From assembly GCA_963796685.1 (NCBI GenBank), contig CAWCMR010000008.1, forward strand, positions 192,001 through 256,000: a stretch of DNA of 64,000 nucleotides, given 5' to 3'. The stretch is from an uncultured delta proteobacterium. Lineage in GTDB: Bacteria > Myxococcota_A > Polyangia > Fen-1088. The notes below the pieces were generated by a model that did not search any database, had not been told where the DNA came from, and saw only the letters and a list, made by a program, of their open reading frames with translations. The translations under genes were made by a program, and so were the position numbers. This document shows, in pieces, positions 22,741 through 32,495 of the stretch. Every line of letters starts with the position of its first letter. Position 1 is the stretch's first letter.

Positions 22741-23681
22741 TGGATTTCCGGAAGACCTACTACATCCTTCCAAACCTTTTCACACTGTCATCCGTGCTGT
22801 GTGGGTTCGCGTCGCTCGCGCTGTGCGCCTCTGGCCGCAGCGGAGCGGATCTGTATTTCGCGGCGCTGGCCATCTGCTTCGGCTTGGTCTTCGACACCTT
22901 CGACGGCCGCGTGGCACGCCTGACCAAGACGCAGACCGATCTCGGCCGCGATCTCGATTCGCTGGCCGACGTCATCACCTTCGGCGCTGCGCCAGCCCTG
23001 CTCGTATACAAGTGGGGCCTGACCGATTTCGGCTATACCGGGATCTTCGTCGCGGGCCTTTTCGTCTGCGCTGGCGCCATGCGCCTGGCCCGCTTCAACG
23101 TGCTGTCCCGGCGCGACGAAAGCTCGGGGCACAAGAAACCGGGCAAGTTCACCCTGGGGCTGCCCATTCCTCCCGCGGCCAGCCTGCTGGTGTTCATGGT
23201 CATCGTCAGCCACAACAGCAGCGAGTACAGGCTGGTCAGCGAGAGCTCCACCGCCGTGATCGTGCTGATCTTGTCCTTCTTGATGGTCTCGCGCGTCCGA
23301 TTTCGTTCGTTCAAGGAGCTGCGCCTGAGCCTGAAGACGGTGGGCGTGGTGCTGCTCATCTGCGGCGCGAGCGCGACGTGGGTGATGGGCGGTTTCGCCA
23401 AGGCCTTCATCTTCCTGTTCCTGGTGCTGGCCTACATCGTTCTTGGACTGGCCGAGGAAGTGTTGTTCTACCGCCGGCGGCGCGCGCAAGAGCGCAGCGC
23501 CAAACAGTCGGCCCTTCAGGAACCGCCCACGGTTCCCGACGAAGAGGTGCTGCGCGAGCTGGGCGCCTTCGACGACGAAGAGCCCCAGGACAAGCAACCG
23601 ACCGCCAAGGGGAGCGATACCAACAGCGCAGCCAGCGGATCCACCGACGATCCGCTGTCAACACGGGCCGTCAGACACTAG
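22740..23681 (+). CDS. pssA: CDP-diacylglycerol--serine O-phosphatidyltransferase
   Basis: ILPNLFT, DTFDGRVAR...GRDLDSLADVITFGAAPA, RLARFN, GLPIPPAA. Confidence 0.9.
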   Translation: MDFRKTYYILPNLFTLSSVLCGFASLALCASGRSGADLYFAALAICFGLVFDTFDGRVARLTKTQTDLGRDLDSLADVITFGAAPALLVYKWGLTDFGYTGIFVAGLFVCAGAMRLARFNVLSRRDESSGHKKPGKFTLGLPIPPAASLLVFMVIVSHNSSEYRLVSESSTAVIVLILSFLMVSRVRFRSFKELRLSLKTVGVVLLICGASATWVMGGFAKAFIFLFLVLAYIVLGLAEEVLFYRRRRAQERSAKQSALQEPPTVPDEEVLRELGAFDDEEPQDKQPTAKGSDTNSAASGSTDDPLSTRAVRH

Positions 23682-25075
23682 TTCTTCGCCACTACCGGCG
23701 GCAGCGATTTGAGAGTCGCGACGCGAGAACGGATGGCTTCGAGGTAGGCGACGCGATTGGGCGGTCCGGGCTCGCGCTGGACCGAGAGCTTGGACGGATC
23801 GATGTAGTGGCCGTTCTTGACCACGCTGAAGTGCAGGTGCGGTCCCGTGGAAAGCCCCGTCGTGCCCACGAATCCGATGACCTCCTTCTGCGCCACCTGC
23901 TTGCCCGGCTTGATGCCCTTGGCGAAGCGGGACAGGTGGAAGTAGCGTGTTTGCAGGCCGTTCGCGTGCTGAAGCACGATGGTGTTTCCCGAGCCCCTCA
24001 TCATCTCGGCTTGCAGCACCTTTCCGCTGGCCGGCGCCCATACGGGCGTCCCGACCGGCGCCGCGTAGTCGATGCCGAGATGCGCCCGGATCGTATGCAG
24101 GATGGGGTGGAAACGCTTGAGGTCGAATTTCGAGCTGATGCGCACGTAGCGCAGCGGCGTCTTGAGCATGCTCTTGGCGAGCGCCTGGCCCTTCTCGTCG
24201 TAGTAACGGCCGCGACCGCGCTCGCCCGTCGGGTTCCAGTAGAAACCACGGAAGGTGCCGGTCTTGCCGCTGTACTCGACGGCCAGCAGCTTGCCGTACT
24301 TGTAGAACTGACCGCCCAGATACTGTTTCTCGACCACGACCTTCCAGTGATCGCCGGGATGGGTGTCGGTGTAGAAGTTGATGTCCCAGGCGAACACGTC
24401 GACGATCAGGCTGACCAGGGCGCCGGACTCGCCGGCCTTGGCGACCGACTCGTACAACGACGACTCGATGGTACCGTAGGCCTGCCCGGTCTTGATCTCG
24501 ACGGGCTTTTCCTGCTTCTTGGCCTGCCAGCTTCCATCCTCCTGGCGCTTGACCAGGTAGCGCAACACCGGAGATGGCACGTATTCGAAGCTCTCCGGCG
24601 TGCCCTCGTCGTCGCGGTCGACCTGGTACCTTTCGCCGGCCCGGATCAATTTCGGATCGATGAGCTTGTCGAGCGCCGCGCTGACGTTGGCCACCGAGCT
24701 GCCGAAGCCTTCGCGCAAAAGTACCGTACTGAGCGTGTCCGACGGCCCGAACTGCCCGGTCAACGTATTGTCATCGAAGCCGACCCCCGGGCCGGCCCCG
24801 GCCCCGCCGGTCGCCTTCGGCGGCTTCTTCGCATCGTACGCCGCGCCCAACAGGGATGGAGGAATCGATTCCGCAAGGGCCTCGTGCTGCCCGTCGGACA
24901 GGGTCTTGCTGGTCGACACCGGCTTCATGAGGCTGCCCACCGAGGTGTCGTGGCGCAGGAAGAAGTAGTAGACGTTGACCGCCGTCAGCGCGACCAAAAG
25001 TGCACCCAGCCCTAGCGAGCTGCGTAACTGCTGAGGTCGGCGCTTCTTGCGCCTGGGGACGAGCGGACGGGCCAC
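23678..25075 (-). CDS. M23 family peptidoglycan DD-endopeptidase (MepM-like)
   Basis: N-terminal TM, RFHPIL..RAHLGIDYAAP, YFHLS, STGPHLHF. Confidence 0.9.
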   Translation of the reverse strand: MARPLVPRRKKRRPQQLRSSLGLGALLVALTAVNVYYFFLRHDTSVGSLMKPVSTSKTLSDGQHEALAESIPPSLLGAAYDAKKPPKATGGAGAGPGVGFDDNTLTGQFGPSDTLSTVLLREGFGSSVANVSAALDKLIDPKLIRAGERYQVDRDDEGTPESFEYVPSPVLRYLVKRQEDGSWQAKKQEKPVEIKTGQAYGTIESSLYESVAKAGESGALVSLIVDVFAWDINFYTDTHPGDHWKVVVEKQYLGGQFYKYGKLLAVEYSGKTGTFRGFYWNPTGERGRGRYYDEKGQALAKSMLKTPLRYVRISSKFDLKRFHPILHTIRAHLGIDYAAPVGTPVWAPASGKVLQAEMMRGSGNTIVLQHANGLQTRYFHLSRFAKGIKPGKQVAQKEVIGFVGTTGLSTGPHLHFSVVKNGHYIDPSKLSVQREPGPPNRVAYLEAIRSRVATLKSLPPVVAKN

Positions 25076-25188
25076 CCCTTATAACCACCACAGCGACGGC
25101 GATACGTCAACTTGAGATGGGAACCCTGGGAGGGTTCCGCGTTGCACTCGGCACCTGCCACACGCCCCGCCTGCCCCGCTCCTCCGAC

Positions 25189-25473
25189 CTAAACGCGTCC
25201 TTCGCGCTCGATGAACTGGAGAAGGGCGCGGCCCTTGTCGCGGACGCGCTTCTTGAGCTCGGCGTGCAGCCGGCGCTCCTTCCAAAGCTCCTCGGTGATT
25301 TGCAGGGCAGTCAAGATGGCAAGAGATTGGGTGTCTGCGGCGCGCGTCTGTTTCTGCAGATCGCGCAAATGCTTGTCGACGTGGGCGGCCATCTCGCGCA
25401 CCACGCGCTCGTCCTCGTCGCTGCGCAGGGTGAAGCGGTGGCCGGCAATGCTGACGCTGACTGGGGTCTTCAT
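25189..25473 (-). CDS. zapA: Cell division protein ZapA
   Basis: 94 aa, VSVSIAGHRFTLRSDEDE..AAHVD..LAILTALQITEEL plus coiled coil. Confidence 0.85.
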   Translation of the reverse strand: MKTPVSVSIAGHRFTLRSDEDERVVREMAAHVDKHLRDLQKQTRAADTQSLAILTALQITEELWKERRLHAELKKRVRDKGRALLQFIEREGRV

Positions 25474-25574
25474 GCAATCCCTCGGGCGCCGACTTTACCC
25501 CGTGCCCAGCCCTGCGTCTCCCCCGTTCCACGGGCACCGGGGTTTCACGACGGGAGTCAACCCGTTCGGTTGCT

Positions 25575-25952
25575 CTAGGCTTCGCCGCCCGGAGGATCGG
25601 CATAGGCACCGCCCGCCAGCGCGGACAGCCCCAGCGAAGACAAGACCATCCGGTCTTCGAGACTGACGTCGATGAACTTGATCCCCATGCCACCTACGTT
25701 GGGTGTGTCGTTGACCCAGCGAACCTCCCCACGCAGCTCCAGCGGATGGCTGCGCCAAGGAATATCGAGCCAGACGCGCACGGTTTCGCCCGTGCCGTCG
25801 AGGTAGTCCGAGCAGAAGAAGAGCCCGTCCGCGCTCACGTCGGTTACCACCCCCTCGGCGACCAGGCTATCACTGACGTACTTGGCCACGATTTCCACCT
25901 TCATGCGAGCGGAGCGCCTCAACTCTTTCGGTTTCTCGAGATATGGCAGCAT
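25575..25952 (-). CDS. PilZ domain protein
   Basis: RRSAR (RxxxR) and DVSADG (DxSxxG), GEVRW, GMGIKF. Confidence 0.85.
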   Translation of the reverse strand: MLPYLEKPKELRRSARMKVEIVAKYVSDSLVAEGVVTDVSADGLFFCSDYLDGTGETVRVWLDIPWRSHPLELRGEVRWVNDTPNVGGMGIKFIDVSLEDRMVLSSLGLSALAGGAYADPPGGEA

Positions 25953-26203
25953 GGGGGGAAATCTCCAGGGATCGAGCGGACATTCAACTGTATCGGCCGT
26001 CGTGTCAACTTCTGTAAAATCAACCCTACCTTGTTCGGGGGCGATGGCTAATTCCTTCACAGCGCACCGCGCTGCGAGGATCCCGGCGCCTTACACGTTG
26101 GAGGCAGTGGGCGAAGGATTTTTTCCTTCTGAAAGTCGCGACCCGTGCTACAACAACCCGCCCGGTCATCCGGCCGGGCGTTTCCTAGCTTTTCCGCACA
26201 TCC

Positions 26204-26276
26204 GGGCCCATAGCTCAATTGGTAGAGCTGCGGACTTTTAATCCGTAGGTCGCAGGTTCAATTCCTGCTGGGCCCA
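26204..26276 (+). tRNA. tRNA-Lys (anticodon TTT)
   Basis: Acceptor GGGCCCA/TGGGCCC, D arm AGCTCAATTGGTAGAGC, anticodon arm GCGGA-CTTTTAA-TCCGT, T arm GCAGG-TTCAATT-CCTGC; no encoded CCA. Confidence 0.95.
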
Positions 26277-26307
26277 CAGCCCCGAACCTACGCGAAAAAC
26301 CGAATAA

Positions 26308-26382
26308 GACCCTATCGTCTAGTCCGGCCCAGGACAATGGCCCTTCAAGCCATGAACACGGGTTCGAATCCCGTTGGGGTCG
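26308..26382 (+). tRNA. tRNA-Glu (anticodon TTC)
   Basis: Acceptor GACCCTA/TGGGGTC, anticodon arm ATGGC-CCTTCAA-GCCAT, T arm ACGGG-TTCGAAT-CCCGT. Confidence 0.93.
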
Positions 26383-26500
26383 CTATCTACCTGGCTGATT
26401 TTACTCAGCTTCGTCTCTTCCGTCTGCCTTTGCTGCCACCTGGCTGCCACGGACGTCGGCGTTTCGAGCGTCGCGATGAGTTCACCAAGCCCAATCGAGC

Positions 26501-27515
26501 TCAAGGACACGCGATCATCGCAGGGCAAGAATGGGATTCGTCCAACCGCTCCCAATATCCATGGATGCACGCCATCGACGGACCGAGCGAGAAACCACGA
26601 GAGCATCCGTCGGCGTAGATGCACCAAAGGCCTTCGAGGCTGCAGCCGTCGCCGGAAAGGGGTCGCTGCATGGGACACGCATTGCCACCATCGGGTGCCT
26701 GGCGAGAGACATATGCGGTCGCATATCCCGGAGCGATGCAGCTGGCACGCGAGCGCGGACGACACCGAGCCGCAGTTGCACAGGCCTTCGGGGTAGTTGC
26801 AAAAGAACGCGTCGCGCGGCGCGCAATAGCCGGCATCGATAATGCCCCCGGACGTCGCGTCTGCAGCATCGTAGGACGCTGGGCAACCGGCTGGATTCGG
26901 GTCGCAGCCAACGCTCGGGTAAGTTTGAAAATGATAGGAACCGTCGGTTTGCAGCGCACAGGCAGTGCTCTGCGTGCAGCGGCCGAGCGCATCGCCTCCG
27001 TATTCGCACTCGAGGGGCCCCGCACTTGCGTCGCAGGCTGTGCCTGCGTTGGAAAGGGTGGTTGGACAGCGCGGGTCACGCGCCTGCGAGCTCACGGCTC
27101 CAGCAGCGGTCGATCGCTGGGGCGCGGTGCCGATCGCCGTCCCGTCGGGGGCGAGCAGGTAGTCATCGACGACGGTGTACATGCCGAGCGTGACCCCTGG
27201 ATTTCCGTACAGGTGCACCGTGATGAGAGTCAACGTCGAACCGTTTGCGGTATACGGGGTGCTGCCGTCCCAGGCGCTCAATTGGGAGATGCTGAGAGCC
27301 TGCGGGACCAGGGGTCCGTACGTACCCCCGCCGCTGCCCCCGCCTGCTTGAAATCCCTGCTGGAACATATCACCGGTCACGGTGACCTCGGCGCTCACGA
27401 CATCACCAGGATTGCCGAAGCCGAGGTTGAACAGTGACGGCGGGAGGGGGCCATAGAGCCCCAGTGTCGCCCAGCGGACCGTCACCCTGTTATTGTTCGA
27501 CTCAAATGGGCTCAC
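26501..27515 (-). pseudogene. Cys-rich myxobacterial extracellular protein, frameshift at ~26745, probably 5'-truncated
   Basis: ORFs 26319..27515 and 26501..27079 join as ...SALACSCIAPGY...; repeated CP..GxxC..C.Y units; no signal peptide. Confidence 0.5.
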
Positions 27516-27534
27516 CCGGCTGGGTCTGTCCTAT

Positions 27535-27951
27535 TTAGGTGTAGTCAGGAGGATTCTCGGTTTCGGACGAACAAACCAGAGAAGCCAGCGATTCATTGTG
27601 CGCGGGTTCGGTGGCCAGGGTCGTCCATGTACCGTCGCCCCATTTGCGGAGGGTCCAGGTGTTGCAATCTTAGCGCGCGCCGGTGACGACCTCGGGGTGC
27701 CCATCCCGGAGGCACAGATTGAGCGCCGATTCGGACAAGTCCACACCGATGCGCTTCTTCTCGCCTTCCCTGATGCTCGATACCTCCCCGGCGTCGGAAA
27801 GCAACCAAAGTCGTCCCTCGGCGAACACCGCACGGCTAAGTGAGTTCTCTTGGCCGGGCCGCTTGGGTTCCATCGCGAGCGAATCGATAGACACAAGGCT
27901 GAGGTAGAGGCCAAGTAGCCAGGCGACGTCCAAAGCGATAGGTCTGCGCAT
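27535..27951 (-). pseudogene. Secreted protein fragment with in-frame TAA at 27670-27672
   Basis: Signal-like start; protein-like sequence continues past the stop (DCNTWTLRKWGDGTWTTLA) to TAA at 27535. Confidence 0.45.
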
Positions 27952-28037
27952 GCTCAACGGACAACTCACGCGCCGCAAAGTTCCGTCGGGTCATGGTCAA
28001 ACGCCCTTTCAGGTCCTTGGCCATATGGGCTGACGGT

Positions 28038-28580
28038 CTACGCTTTCTTCATCCCCGCCGCCAGCTTCACGGCCTCCGCCACGCCCTTCTCCTTGGCGGC
28101 TGCCTTGACCTTCGCCCGGTCCGCGCCCTTGAGCGTCTTCAACGCACCCAGGTACTGCCCTTGCAGCTTCCTTGCCCGCGCCACCTTGGGCGTGGCCGCC
28201 TTCTTGGTCTTCTTCACCGCCGCCGGCTTTGAGGAACTCGCAGGCTTACCCTTGCGCTCGGCCCGGTACATCTTGATCTTGGACTTGGCCACGTTCCTGT
28301 GGTCCTTGCAGACCATGCCGAAGACTGGTGCTGCCACGTTCTTGCAGCCGGGGACTGGGCATAGCTGCTTTGGCCTCGTCTTCTTTCCGGCCGATCTAGC
28401 CGCCACTGGCGCCACAGCCGCCACAGCCTTCGTAGCCGGTCTACCTGGCCCGCGCTTCTGCGGCGCCCCGAGGGCCCCTGCGATGGCAGCTTCGAGTCGG
28501 TCAACCATGGATGATTCCATGGCAGCGGCGATCTGACTGACGAAGGACTCGACGAGGGTGGTGATGTTCATCTCGGGCAT
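28038..28580 (-). CDS. Histone-like AT-hook / zinc-finger protein (VegA-like)
   Basis: SD GGAG, N-terminal helix, KRGPGRP, CPVPGC-x11-CKDH, Lys/Ala-rich tail. Confidence 0.75.
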   Translation of the reverse strand: MPEMNITTLVESFVSQIAAAMESSMVDRLEAAIAGALGAPQKRGPGRPATKAVAAVAPVAARSAGKKTRPKQLCPVPGCKNVAAPVFGMVCKDHRNVAKSKIKMYRAERKGKPASSSKPAAVKKTKKAATPKVARARKLQGQYLGALKTLKGADRAKVKAAAKEKGVAEAVKLAAGMKKA

Positions 28581-28746
28581 TGGTACTCCTGGGTGTTGTT
28601 TCCGGCCTATGCTACGGGGCTTGGGCGAGATGGGCAATGGATCATTGCGGCGATGGATGAGGTGGCGCCCGGCCGGCACTTCGTAGACTGGCGAAGCCGG
28701 AATGAGACTATCCAACAGCTCTCGGCAAGCGCTCAGGAAGGAATTG

Positions 28747-29034
28747 CTAGTCGCAAAATATGCCGCCAAGACCGGGAGTCGGTTCGCAGAGAGCATTGGG
28801 GTTCCTGCATTGGGAATTGCACCACACAATACCCTTGAGATTCGCGGTCCACGGCCATGAGGTAGTGTCAAGCGGCACGTCATTCAGGTCTCCAAGATCG
28901 CAATCTTCGTCTCGGTCTACGATGCCATCGCCGCAGCAGCGTGGTGAAGTTGGGCCGCCTCCATCTGCAGAAGGGTCAGATGTTTCAAGTGAAACGCCGT
29001 CTGACCAAACGCCAGTGCAGACCATCGGAGGCAC
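28747..29034 (-). pseudogene. C-terminal fragment with a Myxococcus Cys-rich (DUF4215-like) repeat
   Basis: CGDGIVDRDEDCDLGDLN...CNSQC; no signal peptide or convincing start. Confidence 0.45.
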
Positions 29035-29070
29035 ACCTGCATCTGCCGCAGATTTCTTCTGGGACCTACC

Positions 29071-29802
29071 CTAGAAATCCACCACCAGCCGGTCCAGGAA
29101 TTCGGGATTGAGTTCTTCGACCGCGTATCCGAACGGATTACACCGCACGGTGGTCTCCCCGATTTGAACACGCACGGAGGCGTGCGAGTGACCGTGCAAC
29201 CAAAGGCGCGGCCGGTGTTCCATGATCTGCCCGGTGAGGTCGCACACGAAGAACGGGTTGAGGGGATGCCCCTGGAATCTGGGTGCGACGCAGCGATGAG
29301 ACGGCAGGTAGTGGGTGACGACGATGTCGCCGGGGTGTAGCTGCCGCTCGAAGAAGGCAACGGCCTTGGCATTCTCCTCGTACACCCAGGACTCGAAGTC
29401 CTCGATGGCGGAGAAATCGTTCATCGCATGCTTGAGCCTTTCATCGACCGTGGAGCGCGGGAACCACAGCGTCGCTCCCAAGAAGGTGAATCCATGAAGT
29501 TGGATACCCGAGCTGTCGAGCCAGACGAGATTGGGGTTCTCGGCCTGCGCACGCTTCGTGATATCGATCACCGAGGTGCGGCCCGAGCCGTAGAACTCAT
29601 GGTTGCCGTGGACGTACACCACGGAGGCGTCGCAAAATCTCCCGCACAGCAGCGCGAGCGCAGGCTGAAGTCCTTCCCCGACGGCGATGTCACCCGCGAG
29701 CACCAGCACGTCTATGCCGGTTGGGTCGAGCGAGTCCACGAACGAGCGCCCGTTGTCCCGGTGAAACTCAAAGTGCAGGTCGGAGAGGAGCTGGAGGCAC
29801 AT
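29071..29802 (-). CDS. Calcineurin-like metallophosphoesterase
   Basis: SDLH, LAGDI, GNHEFY, VVTHYLP, HGHSH, NPFGY. Confidence 0.9.
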   Translation of the reverse strand: MCLQLLSDLHFEFHRDNGRSFVDSLDPTGIDVLVLAGDIAVGEGLQPALALLCGRFCDASVVYVHGNHEFYGSGRTSVIDITKRAQAENPNLVWLDSSGIQLHGFTFLGATLWFPRSTVDERLKHAMNDFSAIEDFESWVYEENAKAVAFFERQLHPGDIVVTHYLPSHRCVAPRFQGHPLNPFFVCDLTGQIMEHRPRLWLHGHSHASVRVQIGETTVRCNPFGYAVEELNPEFLDRLVVDF

Positions 29803-30311
29803 GGTTCACAGGATGCATAGGCTTGCGGCGGCCGTCCACCAAGGTAGCAGACGATGCCCCGGACCGCCGGGCAGCCGTCGAGAAGTTGCACGCTATTCAC
29901 ATTGAACAGACCTGTGAGTTGCACGGACGGACGGACATCGTGACTGTGCACTTCTTGTAGGAAGACGTAACGAACCCTCCTCCATCGAACGGCATCCCAT
30001 GGACGTAGCTTAGATAACTTAGAGGTGGCGGTGGTCCAAGGGCGGGCAATTGAAAACGAGAAACGGGAGAGCGGCGTTCGGTTGCCAGGAGTGGTTGCGC
30101 TCCTGGCTCCGCTGAGGCCGGGCAGGTCGAGCGAGGACGTTGGGTGGCGGCCTGAAGCCAAGCGGCGTAAGCCGACCGTCGCTCTCCCGGTGGGTTCCAT
30201 CCCTCGGGCCGTTGGCGGCCACAAGAAGAGCATCGTCGGCAGATGCGCGCCGGAAAAGGGTCGCTCAACTTTCGGTCTTCAACCTCCGCCCACCTGCTCT
30301 AGAAACGCGCC

Positions 30312-30671
30312 ATGAGCATGATGGCCTTCCAGCTCCTCTTTCCCGAGGAGGCGAAGAACGAGACCCGAGCAGTCACGCCAGTCTTTCCCGGCAAGGTGAC
30401 GGGGCATCGCTACCTGCTCATGGAATTCTACTGCGTCGACCCAGGATGCGGCTGCCGTCGAGTCATGATCGACGTCGTCGACACGGAAACCGACAGGCAT
30501 GTGGCCACCATCAACCATGCCTTCGAGCCACCCAAGCCGCCGTTCGAGGATAAAGGCCAAACATTCCTCGACCCGATGAACCCGCCGTCCGCGCTGTCGA
30601 ACGGCCTCCTCGACATGTTCACGAAGATGGTCGCCAACGACGAGGAGTATCGGCAGCGCGTATTCCAGTAG
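30312..30671 (+). CDS. Hypothetical protein with YCxxPxCxCRRV motif (possibly truncated)
   Basis: EFYCVDPGCGCRRVMIDV, LDPMNPPS; resembles the N-terminal part of SEC-C-containing proteins but has no SEC-C tail. Confidence 0.55.
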   Translation: MSMMAFQLLFPEEAKNETRAVTPVFPGKVTGHRYLLMEFYCVDPGCGCRRVMIDVVDTETDRHVATINHAFEPPKPPFEDKGQTFLDPMNPPSALSNGLLDMFTKMVANDEEYRQRVFQ

Positions 30672-30695
30672 ACGGAACAGGGCGTCGCAGGATGG

Positions 30696-32372
30696 TCAGG
30701 GCGCGCTCACGACCTTGAGCATGACGACGGTGTGACTTGCGACATTGCTCGCCGTGTAGGAGTCCGTGAATGAGCCGAGATCTTTCGCCGCCCAAAGATC
30801 GCGGACCGTGGCTGCACCCGCGGGAAGGCCGATCTGGCTCCACTGAACGGCTATGGATGCGCTTCCGGTGCCGCGATTGAACAGCGCCACCGCTCGCGTG
30901 TTGGTCTCCGTCATCTCCTTCGACCAAACCTCCAGGTTCGATCCCGGCGTGGCCACCACGCGACCTTGTTTGCCGAGCGGGTCTTGATCGACGGCGATGA
31001 CCTCGGCGTTCATGAGCGTCGCCTTCGTCGTCGCGGTCATCTTGGTCAGGTCGTTGCCCGTGATGAGCGGTGACGCCATGATCGCCCACATGCTGAAATG
31101 GGCGCGTCCTTCCGTGTCGCTCAGGCCATTGCCGACCTCCAGCATGTCGGGATCGTTCCAGTGTCCTGGCCCGGCACCGACTTCCTGGCCCTTGTTCGCG
31201 TCGATGAGCCGGGTGACATCGGCCCAAGTTGCGGAGATGTCGAACCCGATGCGCCACATGTTTGCAGTCGTGGGCAGGTTGAGCGAGCAGCTCGTCGGCG
31301 TGCAGAACGGGCCCTGGTCTGCCGGATTGATGCTGTAGAAGATGGGACGCCCGGTTGCCTTGAGTGCGTCGCGCATCGTCGCGAACGCACTCAGCTGACC
31401 TTGGCACTTGTCGTACTTCAGATAGTCCACACCCCAGGTGGCGAAGCTTTGCGCGTCGGCGGTTTCATGACCGACGCTGCCCACGCCGCCGGTGTAACCG
31501 CCGTAGAGGCCGGCGCAGGTCTTGGTGTTGGGCGTTGAATAGATACCAAGCTTGAGGCCCTTGCCGTGAACGTAGGTAGCGAGCGAGGCGATTCCCGAGG
31601 GGAACTTGCTCGCGCTCGCCTTCAGATTGCCGCTGGAATCGCGCCCATCCATCCAGCAGTCGTCGAGATTGACATACTGGTAGCCGACGTCCTTCATGCC
31701 GGTGGTGATGAAGGCATCTGCCATGCTCTTGACCACGGTTTCATTGAGGCCGCTGCAATTGAACGCATTCCACGAGTTCCAGCCCATGGGGGGAGTCGCC
31801 CCAACCATGGTCGAGCCCCCTGTACCTCCGGTCGTGCCTGCATCCGACGAGGATAGGCCGCCTGAACCTGTCGCACCCCCGGTGCGCGCACCGCCATTGC
31901 CCGTCGCACCGCCTGAAGCAGCTCCACCCGTGCCGGTGGCACCACCCGAAGAAGCTCCACCATTTCCCGTTGAGCCTCCTCGGCTCGTGGCGCCGCCCGT
32001 ATTCGGCCCGGCGTCGCCTGTCGCGCCGCCCGAAGCGGCTCCGCCGGCGCCGGTCGAGCCACCGTGGCTCGTGGTGCCGCCGCTGGACATCCCGCCGGTT
32101 CCGCTCGTGGCGCCCGCGGTGCCGCCCGTTGTGGCCCCACCGGCGGCCGCGTCAGCCCTGCCGCCGCTTCCGGACGTCGTTCCGGCCGTTCCGCCCGCGC
32201 CGGTGGTACCGCCAGCGGAAACGCTACCTCCCGTATGCGTTGCGCCACCGCTTCCCCGGCTGCTGCCGGCGGCGCCTCCCGTCGAGGAAGTTGGGCCAGA
32301 GGGGCTCGTTCCCGAGCAGTCCGCCCCGAAGACGGCGACCGCAAGCGCAAGAAGACATGCCTTGATCTTCAT
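30696..32372 (-). CDS. GH27 alpha-galactosidase, lipoprotein with long Gly/Thr/Ser linker
   Basis: TPPMGWNSWN, YVNLDDCW, WGVDYLKYDKC, NMWRI, WNDPDMLEVGN; lipobox FGADC. Confidence 0.92.
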   Translation of the reverse strand: MKIKACLLALAVAVFGADCSGTSPSGPTSSTGGAAGSSRGSGGATHTGGSVSAGGTTGAGGTAGTTSGSGGRADAAAGGATTGGTAGATSGTGGMSSGGTTSHGGSTGAGGAASGGATGDAGPNTGGATSRGGSTGNGGASSGGATGTGGAASGGATGNGGARTGGATGSGGLSSSDAGTTGGTGGSTMVGATPPMGWNSWNAFNCSGLNETVVKSMADAFITTGMKDVGYQYVNLDDCWMDGRDSSGNLKASASKFPSGIASLATYVHGKGLKLGIYSTPNTKTCAGLYGGYTGGVGSVGHETADAQSFATWGVDYLKYDKCQGQLSAFATMRDALKATGRPIFYSINPADQGPFCTPTSCSLNLPTTANMWRIGFDISATWADVTRLIDANKGQEVGAGPGHWNDPDMLEVGNGLSDTEGRAHFSMWAIMASPLITGNDLTKMTATTKATLMNAEVIAVDQDPLGKQGRVVATPGSNLEVWSKEMTETNTRAVALFNRGTGSASIAVQWSQIGLPAGAATVRDLWAAKDLGSFTDSYTASNVASHTVVMLKVVSAP

Positions 32373-32495
32373 CTCAAACGATCTCCTGTCCATCCGACGA
32401 TGTGTTTTTGTGCACAGTCAGTGTGGCCTTCATCAACGAATACTCTCGCACATTTTCCATTGCGAGGGTGACGATGTCCGAAGTAGGGTAAATTC

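Noticed and set aside
25076-25188. 6S RNA (ssrS), often found downstream of zapA
   Set aside because: Only ~113 bp, too short for a ~180-nt 6S RNA, and it appears to hold the promoter of the M23 gene.
31800-32300. Gly/Thr/Ser nucleotide repeats as a novel repeat element
   Set aside because: Ordinary low-complexity linker of a myxobacterial lipoprotein (GH27).
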